The translations under genes and the position numbers were made by a program. From a virus, in IMG/VR virus record IMGVR_UViG_3300032753_000003, positions 96,001 to 160,000 of that record: DNA of 64,000 nucleotides; one strand, given 5' to 3'. This document shows, one piece after another, positions 25,718 through 35,862 of the stretch (position 1 is the stretch's first letter; each line of letters begins with the position of its first letter). The notes beneath the pieces were generated by a model. It saw only the letters and a program-made list of their open reading frames with translations, was not told the DNA's origin and made no database searches.

Positions 25718-26175
25718 TGCTGGAAAGTAAGTGGGACAGATTTAAGAGCTATAGTCAAATTCGAAAAGAGATCGATATGTGTTGTACTGTAGAAGGATGT
25801 AACAATCCACTGACTCATTTCAAAGGTCTAGGGGAAAGTGTTCTCTGCCGCGAGCATCAACTCAATCAACGAGAATACGGTAGTACAGGTCGACTTGATC
25901 GCCTTCACACCTTCCATCGAACATTCACATGTGACGAATGCGGAAAAAATTCTGTAGAAGAAGTTGATAAGAAGTATCCAGATCTCAAAAACAGTGATCC
26001 TGATACATTTTATAGACTGTGCCGAAATAGAGTAATTGGAGATCACCAGAAGCGTAAAGCTGATGGTGGCGACGATTCTGCAGAGAACATTAGAACGTTA
26101 TGCCTTGATTGTAATAGTGATAAGACTATATTGTTTAAAGATTATCGACGTAGAAATGAGGATTTGTCAGCATGA
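25717..26175 (+). CDS. HNH endonuclease-like protein
   Basis: CDECG...GDHQKRKADGGDDSAENIRTLCLDCN. Confidence 0.75.
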   Translation: MLESKWDRFKSYSQIRKEIDMCCTVEGCNNPLTHFKGLGESVLCREHQLNQREYGSTGRLDRLHTFHRTFTCDECGKNSVEEVDKKYPDLKNSDPDTFYRLCRNRVIGDHQKRKADGGDDSAENIRTLCLDCNSDKTILFKDYRRRNEDLSA

Positions 26176-26235
26176 AGAAAAATATCAAAATACTGCCCAC
26201 CGATATCAACATCGGATCAAGCTGATCATGATCGC

Positions 26236-28188
26236 ATGTTTGCATACCTTTGGTGGGAGAAGGTTAAGCCCCATGAAAGCAAGTTTGGTGACCATTTTGT
26301 GCCTGCTGGAGAAAATGCTGACTTGGGAGTCAAAAATCGAATCAGAAAATCGCTTGGTGTTAACAAGCACCAATATGATAGCGGCGAAATTGTAATTGAA
26401 CACTATTGGGACGTTACTGACTATGCCAAGTCAGTTGGCTGTTTTTATAAGCACGGCAAGGTAGATGACAAGATTAGACCTTGTATTGGTCATCGCAAAG
26501 GAACTACAGGAGACTTTCACAACTTGCCCGCAAGCGAAGTTAAACTCAAAGTTGATAAGTGGCTGTCCAAGTTGGGACAACCGCTGCCGGTAGTTGGCTT
26601 ATCGGCGTGGCAGGCTAGGACTGCACGCAACGTCTTAGATGCCATACAGAATAACAAGCGCACTATCGTAGCAGAACTTTGCGCTAGATTTGGTAAGACC
26701 ATATGGAGTGGCGCAATGGTGCGCGAACTCAATTCGCCACTGACTATCATTGCCAGTTATGTATTGACTAGTTTTACCAGTTTTGAAAATGATTTCAGTG
26801 GTTTTGAGCAGTTCAAAGACCTAGTGTTGGTTGATACAGCTGATGTGGAATATCAAGAAATCATTGATGCTGCACTAGCACAAAACAAGCAGGTGGTAGC
26901 GTTCCTTAGCCTTTGCAACGGTACCAAGCGAGCTAGCAAGATCAAATATCTTTTTGGTCTCCCATGCAATCGGTCAGTGATACTAGATGAGGCTGATTTT
27001 GGTGCATGGAACGACAATCAAGCTACAGCGCTGATAAAAGCTAGACATGCAGACGATACAGTAATATTGATGACTGGTACCAATGCAGACAAAGCTGCTA
27101 GCTATTGGGCAGTTGATCATTATGTATCGGTAGTTTATCCAGAACTTCTGATGGAAAAACGCAGCGGTATTGTACAGTATCCAAAATATCTAACAAATTT
27201 TGATATAGATGCGACTCGCCACAAGCTTGTAGTTGATGTAGAATTTTACCAAATGGATCTCAAGCGTCTTGTAAATTGGGTGCGCAAAGTTGATCAGGAT
27301 TCATTTACTGAAGATGGTAAATTCCTGCCCAGCTGGAGCAAGTTTGCAGCTAATCCTGTCAAGGCCAAAGGTTTTTGGACTCGTATGCTACAGTCTGTGT
27401 TCCTCGCTGAAAATGGATTTGACGAGTTAAATGTAGATTATCAGACCAATCGAAAGCCAACTGAAGGTCCGCGAGTTGCTATGATGTTCCTAAGTGGCAG
27501 TATGACCAACGATAATCTCACTGCAGCGGCAGAGTTGGCTCGTCAAGCTTTGCCAGCATATAAAATCGTTCCAATTTACGGTGAGACTGCAACCAATCGT
27601 ACTGCTGAATCATATGTCAAGGAAGAAATTGAAAAGTCAACTAAGATTGGTCAGAGCGTGTTGTTGCTCAGCGTCAATATGGCTCAGCGTAGCTTTGGAG
27701 TTGGCGACATCACAGAGTTGTATCTAGCCTATGATAAAGGCGATAACGGAACTACCATTCAAAAGATCAGCCGCGCGCTAACGCCAAAGGATCACGGTAA
27801 GATTGGTCGTATTATCAGTCTAAGCTTTGATAGCAATCGTGACGACAAGTTCGATGCGCTAATTTTAGAAACTGCTCTTAACTATAAGAAAACACATCAG
27901 TTAGATTCTGCAAAGGATGCACTACGACAGGTATTACGTACAGTTGATATCTTTCGATGCAGTGAGGACGGTGCAGTCAAATTTGAAATTGATGACTATC
28001 TCAAAGATGCCATCGAACGCAACAGTCTAAGCCGAGTTATTGGTAAGACTTGCGATTTAACTGTTCTTAGCAGAGAACAGCTAATTGCATTAGCCCAGGG
28101 TAAAATTGATGTATTTAGAGCCAGTCATAGAGAAGTAACAGATCACGGCAAGACTCGAGACAGCAAACTGACCTTACGGTTAGACTAA
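26236..28188 (+). CDS. SF2 (restriction-type) helicase, probably 3'-truncated
   Basis: CARFGKT (I), ILDEAD (II), MTGT (III); true start may be ATG 26172 via a 1-nt frameshift. Confidence 0.75.
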   Translation: MFAYLWWEKVKPHESKFGDHFVPAGENADLGVKNRIRKSLGVNKHQYDSGEIVIEHYWDVTDYAKSVGCFYKHGKVDDKIRPCIGHRKGTTGDFHNLPASEVKLKVDKWLSKLGQPLPVVGLSAWQARTARNVLDAIQNNKRTIVAELCARFGKTIWSGAMVRELNSPLTIIASYVLTSFTSFENDFSGFEQFKDLVLVDTADVEYQEIIDAALAQNKQVVAFLSLCNGTKRASKIKYLFGLPCNRSVILDEADFGAWNDNQATALIKARHADDTVILMTGTNADKAASYWAVDHYVSVVYPELLMEKRSGIVQYPKYLTNFDIDATRHKLVVDVEFYQMDLKRLVNWVRKVDQDSFTEDGKFLPSWSKFAANPVKAKGFWTRMLQSVFLAENGFDELNVDYQTNRKPTEGPRVAMMFLSGSMTNDNLTAAAELARQALPAYKIVPIYGETATNRTAESYVKEEIEKSTKIGQSVLLLSVNMAQRSFGVGDITELYLAYDKGDNGTTIQKISRALTPKDHGKIGRIISLSFDSNRDDKFDALILETALNYKKTHQLDSAKDALRQVLRTVDIFRCSEDGAVKFEIDDYLKDAIERNSLSRVIGKTCDLTVLSREQLIALAQGKIDVFRASHREVTDHGKTRDSKLTLRLD

Positions 28189-28634
28189 GTGACAAATACA
28201 AGGCGCGCAAGATTGTAGGTATTGCGTATGTGCCTGCAATTATTGCAAGTATTTTAGTGGTTTGGTATACTGGTGCTCCAACAAGTGTTGCTGTCCGTAT
28301 CGGTATTGCTAGCGGAACTGCATATTTGCTCAGCAATCTTCTAGACGTCTATGTATTCCAAAAGGTTCGCGAGAGGTTGTCTCAGTGGTGGGCTGCACCT
28401 GCACTAAGCTCTGTTGCTGCTAACATTATTGACACGTTTACGTTCTTTGGTGTTGCGTTCTATGCCAGCGAGAACGTGTTCATGCGCGAACATTGGGTTA
28501 GTGTAGCAGAAGGACAGACACTAACTAAGATTGTTGTCAGTGCATTAGTAATTCTTCCAACTTATGGTGTATTGCTGAGTTATTTGACTAGTAAGCTAGG
28601 AAAGTCTCTCACTGGTACTGTAAGTTCAAATTGA
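28167..28634 (+). pseudogene. yhhQ: Queuosine-precursor transporter YhhQ (VUT family) missing ~55 N-terminal residues
   Basis: TDLTVRL..ARKIV..LLDVYVFQKVR..WWAAPALS..DTFTFFGVAF; no start codon after the upstream TAG at 28128. Confidence 0.85.
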
Positions 28635-28656
28635 CATAATAACAATTACAAATGCA

Positions 28657-28681
28657 AACAGGAGCGCATTGCGCTCCTGTT
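28657..28681. terminator. Bidirectional terminator between convergent genes
   Basis: AACAGGAGCGC-ATT-GCGCTCCTGTT. Confidence 0.75.
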
Positions 28682-28705
28682 CTAATTTCTAAATCTCTTG
28701 TGAGA

Positions 28706-29407
28706 TCATGGAACCATAGTTACTTCCATGTGCTGCTTCTTAAATGAACCAAACACAATGTTATGATCCATATGATGAATCTTACGGTTCATATTCTTGT
28801 TCCTAAATCCAACACCCATTAGCAAGGACGGAGGATTCTTCATACCTAGGATAGCTTGAATTTCGTCACCTTCCATGCACTGACAACAACCTGTTGCATA
28901 TCCTAGCATATTTGAAATAAAATTAACATATCCAGCCGATATACCAAGTGCCAATGTAGCATCGCGTTCGATGCTCCATGCATGAATCTCGTCCAATTGT
29001 CCAATGCTCTTATTATATGTCTCAGCATTTCTTGGTGGACCTTCCTCGCCGTTGTCAATCTCGTCAATAGTTTTACGCTCATACACCAGCAGCAAATTTG
29101 CTAGAGTTTGAGGGTTGGTATATGAACGTCCGCGCGGAGGATAGCCTCCCTTGGGACCGCTATTATTTTCCTTGTCCATAATAGCACCTTGTGTGAGATT
29201 ATAAACTTTCTCTATGACTTCTCGATTGGTAATCATCTGCAGACGGAAATATGATATATTCTGTTTGCTCGGGCACTGTGTGGCTGCTTCTTTTATCAGC
29301 TCAATGTCTTCTTGCGGAATACTCTTTGATAGGTCCCAGTTGCGTTGGCAATGCTGGCTCCTATGTATTGCTTTTACTACTTCAGCATGTGTAAATTCGA
29401 TGCTCAT
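28706..29407 (-). CDS. Nitroreductase-fold protein
   Basis: AIHRSQHCQRNW...EAATQCPSKQN...GYATGCC. Confidence 0.7.
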   Translation of the reverse strand: MSIEFTHAEVVKAIHRSQHCQRNWDLSKSIPQEDIELIKEAATQCPSKQNISYFRLQMITNREVIEKVYNLTQGAIMDKENNSGPKGGYPPRGRSYTNPQTLANLLLVYERKTIDEIDNGEEGPPRNAETYNKSIGQLDEIHAWSIERDATLALGISAGYVNFISNMLGYATGCCQCMEGDEIQAILGMKNPPSLLMGVGFRNKNMNRKIHHMDHNIVFGSFKKQHMEVTMVP

Positions 29408-29555
29408 GTATAACTCCTATATTAAACAAGCACAAGTCATGTTCATGTGCTCGCAAATATTTAGTTTAATGTTAACGAATAACATGGTATTATGATAGTT
29501 GCTAAATTAGATCATATATAATATAATTCAGTTATAAACAACTGAGGAAAATATT

Positions 29556-30161
29556 ATGGAATTCAATAAGCTAATAGAATCACGTCGAACCCGTAGAGAT
29601 TTTGATCCCGATCACAGCATGAGCGACAGTGATCTCAACTATATCATCAATGCCGCACGCAGCACTCCGACCAGTTTCAATATTCAAAATTGGAGGTTTG
29701 TTGCTATCCGTGATAGGGGTCTGAAGGAAAAGATCAAGCGATCAGCTTGGGATCAAGCCCAGGTAGCTACTAATTCTGTACTGATTGCAGTGTGTGCAGA
29801 TCTAAATGCATGGGACAAGGATGTTGGCCGTTATTGGGTCGCTAATGGTCCCGAAGTTGCTGAACGTATGGTTGGTATGACCCATAGTTTCTATAATGGT
29901 CGAGATCAGGTTCAGCGAGATGAGGCCATGCGTAGTGTAGGTATGGCAGCCACAGCTATCATGCTTGCAGCGACTGATCTAGGATATTCTTCAAGTCCGA
30001 TGATTGGATTTGATCCTGCAGCAGTAGGCGAAGTTATCAATCTTCCAGATGATCATGCAATTGGCATGTTGATTGCTATAGGTAAGAGCAACTCTGAACC
30101 ATTCCCTAAGACTCAATTGCCACTTTCAGAAGTTTTGATTTACGACTTCTTTCCTGCTTGA
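29556..30161 (+). CDS. Nitroreductase family protein
   Basis: IESRRTRRDF, PTSFNIQNWRF, SPMIGFD. Confidence 0.92.
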   Translation: MEFNKLIESRRTRRDFDPDHSMSDSDLNYIINAARSTPTSFNIQNWRFVAIRDRGLKEKIKRSAWDQAQVATNSVLIAVCADLNAWDKDVGRYWVANGPEVAERMVGMTHSFYNGRDQVQRDEAMRSVGMAATAIMLAATDLGYSSSPMIGFDPAAVGEVINLPDDHAIGMLIAIGKSNSEPFPKTQLPLSEVLIYDFFPA

Positions 30162-30176
30162 TAGGAGAATATCAAA

Positions 30177-30629
30177 ATGTTGAAATCCATACTAGCTGCG
30201 GCCTTTTTGGCCGCAGCTACAAATACTGCTGTATCTGCAACTATTGATGTTGATACTACTGAACATGTACTGACTTTGACACAAGACGACGGAACAACTA
30301 TTAGCTATCCAGTTGGAACAGCTAGACCAGGATTTGGTTGGCAGGGAACTCTAATAGTGACTCGAAAAGCTGAATGGCCATCTTGGACACCTCCTGCTGA
30401 CATGCGACGTCGCAGGCCAGATATACCTGCTCATATGCTAGGTGGGTTAGATAACCCGTTGGGAGCTAGAGCACTGTATCTAGGCAACACGTTGTATAGG
30501 ATACACGGGAGCAACGATCCGGATACAATTGGCGAAGATGTTAGTTCTGGTTGTATCCGTATGACAAATGATGATGTGATAGACCTCTATGACAGAGTCC
30601 CAGTTGGCACTGTAGTAGTAGTACATTAA
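30177..30629 (+). CDS. L,D-transpeptidase (YkuD/ErfK family) with signal peptide
   Basis: NPLGARALYL, YRIHGSN...SSGCIRM. Confidence 0.93.
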   Translation: MLKSILAAAFLAAATNTAVSATIDVDTTEHVLTLTQDDGTTISYPVGTARPGFGWQGTLIVTRKAEWPSWTPPADMRRRRPDIPAHMLGGLDNPLGARALYLGNTLYRIHGSNDPDTIGEDVSSGCIRMTNDDVIDLYDRVPVGTVVVVH

Positions 30630-30897
30630 TTGGATCGATCATATATGTGTTTGAGCTGTTAAAAACAAAGCCTTGACAAACGATCTACAGGCAGTATTAT
30701 ATACAGAAGTATTTAGACGGTTATAAATCTGTCCAAATACACTTACCACATTAAAAATAGGAACCTCACTATGTCAAATAACCTAGAGACAGAAGTAAAG
30801 AACAGTTTGATTTCTAGCATTAGCCGCCATTGGTATTGTTATCTTGGAACCGTAGCTATCTTTGCAGTTGGCGTTTGGATTGGAAATTCCATCTAAA

Positions 30898-31623
30898 ATG
30901 AATGACAAGTCAGCAAAGCTAGTGATATTCAGCGGTGCTGGCTTGTCAGCAGATAGCGGAATTCCAACTTTTAGAGACAAAGGTGGCCTTTGGGAAGGCT
31001 ATGATGTTGATGTTGTTGCCAACGGATATACTTGGCGAAATAATTGGGATATAGTTAGACGGTTCTACAATGATCGTAGAACGCATCTAGCAAATGTACA
31101 ACCCAATGCCATGCATCTACAAATAGCCAATTGGCAACAGCGGTTTAATACAGTAGTGATGACCCAAAACATAGACGACCTGCTGGAAAGAGCAGGTTGC
31201 TGCGATGTTATACATTTGCACGGCGAGTTAACCAAAATGCAATGTGTAGCTTGCGGAAATGTCTGGGATGTTGGTTACAATGCTGTAGGTGAAGATGATA
31301 GATGCCGTTGTAATAGCCTCAAAGGTGTAAGACCTTATGTAGTATTCTTCAATGAGATTGCACCCAACTATCGCAAGATGCATGCTAGCTTTAGGGGTTT
31401 AACTGACCGCGACTGTGTTGTGGTGATTGGTACCAGCGGACAGGTTGTCAGTTTGGATCCGTTCTTGTTTGACTGCAAAGCTCTAAAAATTTTGAACAAC
31501 CTCGAACCTAACGCATTCATGAACGAATTGTATTTTGATCATGTGCTGTATGGTAAGGCATCTGATATGTCTTCAAAAATAAATGATTTGGTTACTTTAC
31601 ACATGACAAAGGTTGTTGTATAA
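30898..31623 (+). CDS. cobB: Sir2/CobB-type NAD-dependent deacylase
   Basis: SGAGLSADSGIPTFR, TQNIDDL, HLHGEL, Zn-finger cysteines. Confidence 0.9.
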   Translation: MNDKSAKLVIFSGAGLSADSGIPTFRDKGGLWEGYDVDVVANGYTWRNNWDIVRRFYNDRRTHLANVQPNAMHLQIANWQQRFNTVVMTQNIDDLLERAGCCDVIHLHGELTKMQCVACGNVWDVGYNAVGEDDRCRCNSLKGVRPYVVFFNEIAPNYRKMHASFRGLTDRDCVVVIGTSGQVVSLDPFLFDCKALKILNNLEPNAFMNELYFDHVLYGKASDMSSKINDLVTLHMTKVVV

Positions 31624-31639
31624 GTATTATTAAAAATAA

Positions 31640-31713
31640 GCCTCTATAGTTAAGTGGTATAACACAGTCTTGGTAAGACTGCATCGATCGTTCGATTCGA
31701 TCTAGAGGCACCA
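31640..31713 (+). tRNA. tRNA-Thr(GGU)
   Basis: Loop TTGGTAA, CCA. Confidence 0.9.
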
Positions 31714-31750
31714 TCCGCTAAATAAATTCCAAATGACTCGAAAGTTTCAA

Positions 31751-32098
31751 ATGAAAGTGTCAGAGATAATTCGCTCTGTCATGGGCGATCGTATTGCACA
31801 AGGCGATCACCATGGTAAGTTATGCAAGCGAACAGAACACCATAAAAAACAGAAAATTGAAAAGTATCAATTACTAGGGTTCAATCTCAACGGTGTAGAC
31901 GGTCAAGTTCATACTTGCGACCACGAATATTACAAAAATTATTCAAATGACATCAAAGACTTACAACGGCAATTATGTGACGCTTTGAGATCAGCGGGCT
32001 ATGACGTAGAACGGTTGATATTAGTACCAACTGAAAATGACAACCATTGGAGCCTAAGTTTTACTGTAATTACATGTGATCAAGATCAAGACAAGTAA
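31751..32098 (+). CDS. Hypothetical protein (MKVSE N-terminus)
   Basis: TAAATA upstream. Confidence 0.55.
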   Translation: MKVSEIIRSVMGDRIAQGDHHGKLCKRTEHHKKQKIEKYQLLGFNLNGVDGQVHTCDHEYYKNYSNDIKDLQRQLCDALRSAGYDVERLILVPTENDNHWSLSFTVITCDQDQDK

Positions 32099-32161
32099 AT
32101 TTTGGTTGACAGACCAAAGTAAACGTGTTAAGTTACCAAAACTTACAACAGAGGACGACCA

Positions 32162-32689
32162 ATGTCAGACACAAATAACAGTATATCCAGTGCAATTGGT
32201 CGAGCTAGCGTTATCTTGATTATTGTAGGCACTCTTAGCTTGCCTGCAGTATATCCAGAACTAGCGGTGGTTTGCAGTTTAATTGGATGGCCTATAGTTT
32301 ACATTTATTTTCATTTTAACCCCATTGAGGTTGGACCTCACCTTCAGGGTGCATTACCTATGATATTGGTACTTGGAGTCATGGGATTATTTCTAGGCAA
32401 AGCAAATGGTAAACCGTTTATGAATGCGCTAGCTATGATATGTGTTTGGATACCATCATTTTTTGCCGACAATTGGATACCTTCTGTGCGGCATATCAGC
32501 CAAACTCAAACAGATGATACAGACGAAACCGTCAACAATCAAAACCAATCTTCAGCTGATTTACCAAACGAGCACGATTCCTCTCCTGATAAGAGAGACG
32601 AAATAACTTTTAAAAGCCAAGGTCGCACATGTCATGCGTATGTTGATATGGCTGCTAAACCGCCAGAATATGTCACACATTGTCGCTAA
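32162..32689 (+). CDS. Membrane protein
   Basis: Several TM segments; paralogue of the next gene. Confidence 0.65.
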   Translation: MSDTNNSISSAIGRASVILIIVGTLSLPAVYPELAVVCSLIGWPIVYIYFHFNPIEVGPHLQGALPMILVLGVMGLFLGKANGKPFMNALAMICVWIPSFFADNWIPSVRHISQTQTDDTDETVNNQNQSSADLPNEHDSSPDKRDEITFKSQGRTCHAYVDMAAKPPEYVTHCR

Positions 32690-32716
32690 CTAAAACTAAG
32701 AAATTGGAGATCCAAA

Positions 32717-33103
32717 GTGGAAGACCTAGGACGTAAAATTAGAACTGGAATAGCAATCTTGTTCATACTTGTGATATTTGTGTTGCCAGCTATCTTTCCA
32801 GAAGGATTCTTATTGATAAGTTTATTCTTACATCCATTGATGTATGGTATAGCTATATTCTCTCCGCCAACATATCTAGAACACGTACCGGACTTTAATC
32901 CTATAGGTTGCGCACTGTTTTGTGGAGTAGTTGGATTTGTTATCGGCAAAATTAATGACGCAAACGCAAAGATGAGTGCTATAGCTATGATTGTCTTTTG
33001 GGTTCCAATCATGGAGTGGTCCAGTTTTGTTTATATGATTCACCCCAATATAAGGATTGACCAACCAGAAACTGTTACGGAACAGTCAAACAACTCCAAC
33101 TAA
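32717..33103 (+). CDS. Membrane protein, tandem paralogue
   Basis: Shares LPA.(Y/F)PE and GK.N...M.A.AMI..W.P patterns. Confidence 0.6.
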   Translation: MEDLGRKIRTGIAILFILVIFVLPAIFPEGFLLISLFLHPLMYGIAIFSPPTYLEHVPDFNPIGCALFCGVVGFVIGKINDANAKMSAIAMIVFWVPIMEWSSFVYMIHPNIRIDQPETVTEQSNNSN

Positions 33104-33190
33104 AAATTTATCGAATTAACAAATCAAAGATATTGGCCAAATTGACATCTCCGAGTTAAATAACTGATAAGTTATCAGGCGGAGAAATCA

Positions 33191-35128
33191 ATGACCAATA
33201 TCTTTGACGATATCTTGCAAGAACAGAAAACCAAAAAGCGAGAAACATTTGGCTTTATAGATTGGTTGAAGCTATGCAAGAAGGATCCAAATACATATGC
33301 ATCTGCAGCAGAACGTATGTTAGCTGCAATAGGCGAACCAGAAACAGTAGATACCAGTAAGGATCCTCGACTAAGTAGGATATTCTTAAATCGCACATTG
33401 CGAGTATATCCCGCGTTCAGCGATTTCTATGGCATGGAAGAAACTATAGAAAGAATAGTTGGATACTTCAGGCATGCTGCACAGGGTCTAGAAGAAAAGA
33501 AGCAGATCCTATATCTACTTGGTCCAGTTGGCGGCGGTAAGAGCAGCTTAGCCGAACGCCTCAAGGAACTAATCACCAAACTTCCATTCTACGTTTTAAC
33601 AGCCGAAGACGGAACTCTTAGCCCCGTGTTTGAGAGCCCGCTAGGTGTTTTTGATCCCAACAAGCATGCTGCTAGATTGCAAAAAGATTATGGTATAGAT
33701 TCTAGATATCTAACAGGTATCATGAGTCCCTGGGCAGTCAAGAGGCTTGCAGAATATGACGGCGATGTAAGTCGCTTCAAAGTCACAAAGGTTTGGCCCA
33801 GCAAGCTAGAACAAATTGGTGTTGTTAAAACTGAACCAGGCGACGATAACAACCAAGACATCAGCAGCCTAGTTGGCAAGACCAACATACGCATGCTAGA
33901 GCATTTTAGCCAAAATGATCCAGACAGTTATTCATTCTCTGGAGCACTATGCCGTGGTAATCAGGGCATTATGGAATTTGTTGAAATGTTCAAAGCACCA
34001 ATCAAAATGCTGCATCCTCTGCTAACTGCTACGCAGGAAGGCAATTATATAGGTACTGAAGCTATTTCAGCTATACCTTTTACAGGTATTGTGCTAGCAC
34101 ATAGCAACGAAGCAGAATGGCAGAGTTTCAAAAACAACAAGAACAACGAAGCATTCATTGATCGTATCTATGTTGTCAAAGTACCATACTGCCTACGCAT
34201 CACTGATGAGACCAAGATCTATGAGAAGATGCTGGAACACAGCAGCTTAGGCAATGCCAATTGCGCGCCTCAGACACTTGATATGCTCAGCAAGTTCTGC
34301 GTATTGACTAGGTTAACACCCCATGAGAACAGCAGTGCATACAGCAAGATGCGAGTCTATGACGGAGAGACCATAAAGGATGTTGATCCAAAAGCTCGTA
34401 GCATGCAGGAATATCGTGATGCTGCAGGTGTTGATGAAGGCATGAGTGGTATCAGCACTCGCTTTGCATTCAAAGTGCTCAGCAAGACATTTAACTTTGA
34501 TCCAAATGAGATAGCAGCAGATCCTGTTCATCTCATGTATGTATTAGAAGACAGCATCCGCAGAGAGCAATTCAGTACCGATACAGAAGAGAAGTACATA
34601 AACTTCATCAAAGACTATCTGTCTCCCAAGTATGCTGAATTCATCGGCAATGAAATACAAAAAGCCTATCTTGCAAGTTATTCTGAATTTGGACAATCAA
34701 CTTTTGATAGGTATATTGAATATGCTGACGCATGGATACAAGAAATAGACTATAAGGACCCAGATACAGGTAATCTCTATGATAGAGATATACTTAACAA
34801 AGAATTAGAGAAAATTGAAAAACCAGCAGGCATAGCTAATCCAAAAGATTTTAGGCACGAAGTCGTTAACTTTGTATTAAGGGCTAGAGCAAGGAACGGC
34901 GGAATTGTAGTATGGACTAGCTATGAGAAACTTCGAGATGTTATCGAGAAGAAGATGTTTGCAAGTGTAGAAGATCTACTTCCGGTAATTAGTTTTGAAA
35001 GTAAAAAAGATAGAGATGTTGAAGTAAAACATGTTGATTTTGTTAATAGAATGATTGAGCGTGGATATACAGAAAAACAGGTGCGACGATTAGTTGAATG
35101 GCACATGAGAGTACAAAAATCAAGCTAA
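33191..35128 (+). CDS. prkA: PrkA/YeaG AAA+ serine kinase
   Basis: LLGPVGGGKSS, KTEPGDDNNQDIS, FVEMFKAPIK. Confidence 0.96.
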   Translation: MTNIFDDILQEQKTKKRETFGFIDWLKLCKKDPNTYASAAERMLAAIGEPETVDTSKDPRLSRIFLNRTLRVYPAFSDFYGMEETIERIVGYFRHAAQGLEEKKQILYLLGPVGGGKSSLAERLKELITKLPFYVLTAEDGTLSPVFESPLGVFDPNKHAARLQKDYGIDSRYLTGIMSPWAVKRLAEYDGDVSRFKVTKVWPSKLEQIGVVKTEPGDDNNQDISSLVGKTNIRMLEHFSQNDPDSYSFSGALCRGNQGIMEFVEMFKAPIKMLHPLLTATQEGNYIGTEAISAIPFTGIVLAHSNEAEWQSFKNNKNNEAFIDRIYVVKVPYCLRITDETKIYEKMLEHSSLGNANCAPQTLDMLSKFCVLTRLTPHENSSAYSKMRVYDGETIKDVDPKARSMQEYRDAAGVDEGMSGISTRFAFKVLSKTFNFDPNEIAADPVHLMYVLEDSIRREQFSTDTEEKYINFIKDYLSPKYAEFIGNEIQKAYLASYSEFGQSTFDRYIEYADAWIQEIDYKDPDTGNLYDRDILNKELEKIEKPAGIANPKDFRHEVVNFVLRARARNGGIVVWTSYEKLRDVIEKKMFASVEDLLPVISFESKKDRDVEVKHVDFVNRMIERGYTEKQVRRLVEWHMRVQKSS

Positions 35129-35862
35129 TGGTGCGTACAGGTCATCTATATAAGATTACTAGGTTGTCAACCGGTGAATACTATTACGGTATTCACCGGG
35201 GTGACAAATTTGACGGATACTGAGGCAGCGGGCGTATTATTAGAAATTATATTAAAACACACGGAACAGATGATTTAATCTATGAGATCATAGCAATAGG
35301 ATCATACGATGAAATGATTAAGCTTGAGGAACAGATAGTTAATGTTGATGAAATATCAAAAGAACTATGTTGGAATTTAAAAACAGGCGGATATAGAGGT
35401 TTACCTTCCAATGAATCGAGGATGCTTATATCTAAGGCCGGATTGGGTCGTAGATATTCAAAAGATAGGACTGATAAGATACAAAAATCTAGAGCGTTGC
35501 GAATAAAAGAAATTGGTCAAAAGATATCAGAATCCAATCGAGGTCAAATTAGATCTAATGAAGCTAGAAAAAAGATATCTGATCGAAAAAAAGAGAAGAT
35601 GACTCCCGAAATAAGAAAAAGAATATCTGCAGCAAAATTAGGAACATCTAATCCAGCTTGGCTGGGATATGTGAAGACGCCAGATGGTATATTTGAGAGC
35701 TCTATGGTTGCAGCATTGTATTACGGCAAGACAGATAAGACCATACGAGATAGGATCAAAAGTATAAATCCAAAATTTAACGGTTGGATGTTTATAAAAA
35801 CACTTGATATGGTATCTAAGATAATATCTAGGTCTGATATAAGAGGAGACGTAGGTGAGTGA
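35128..35862 (+). pseudogene. Seg-like GIY-YIG/NUMOD homing endonuclease with in-frame TGA at 35221-35223
   Basis: HLYKITRL..EYYYGIH...DGY*GSG in frame with the 35314 ORF; overlaps prkA stop and yeaH start. Confidence 0.75.

Noticed and set aside
28230-28634. GTG 28230 as the true yhhQ start
   Set aside because: Family similarity extends 21 codons upstream to 28167 and there is no RBS, so the gene is 5'-truncated.
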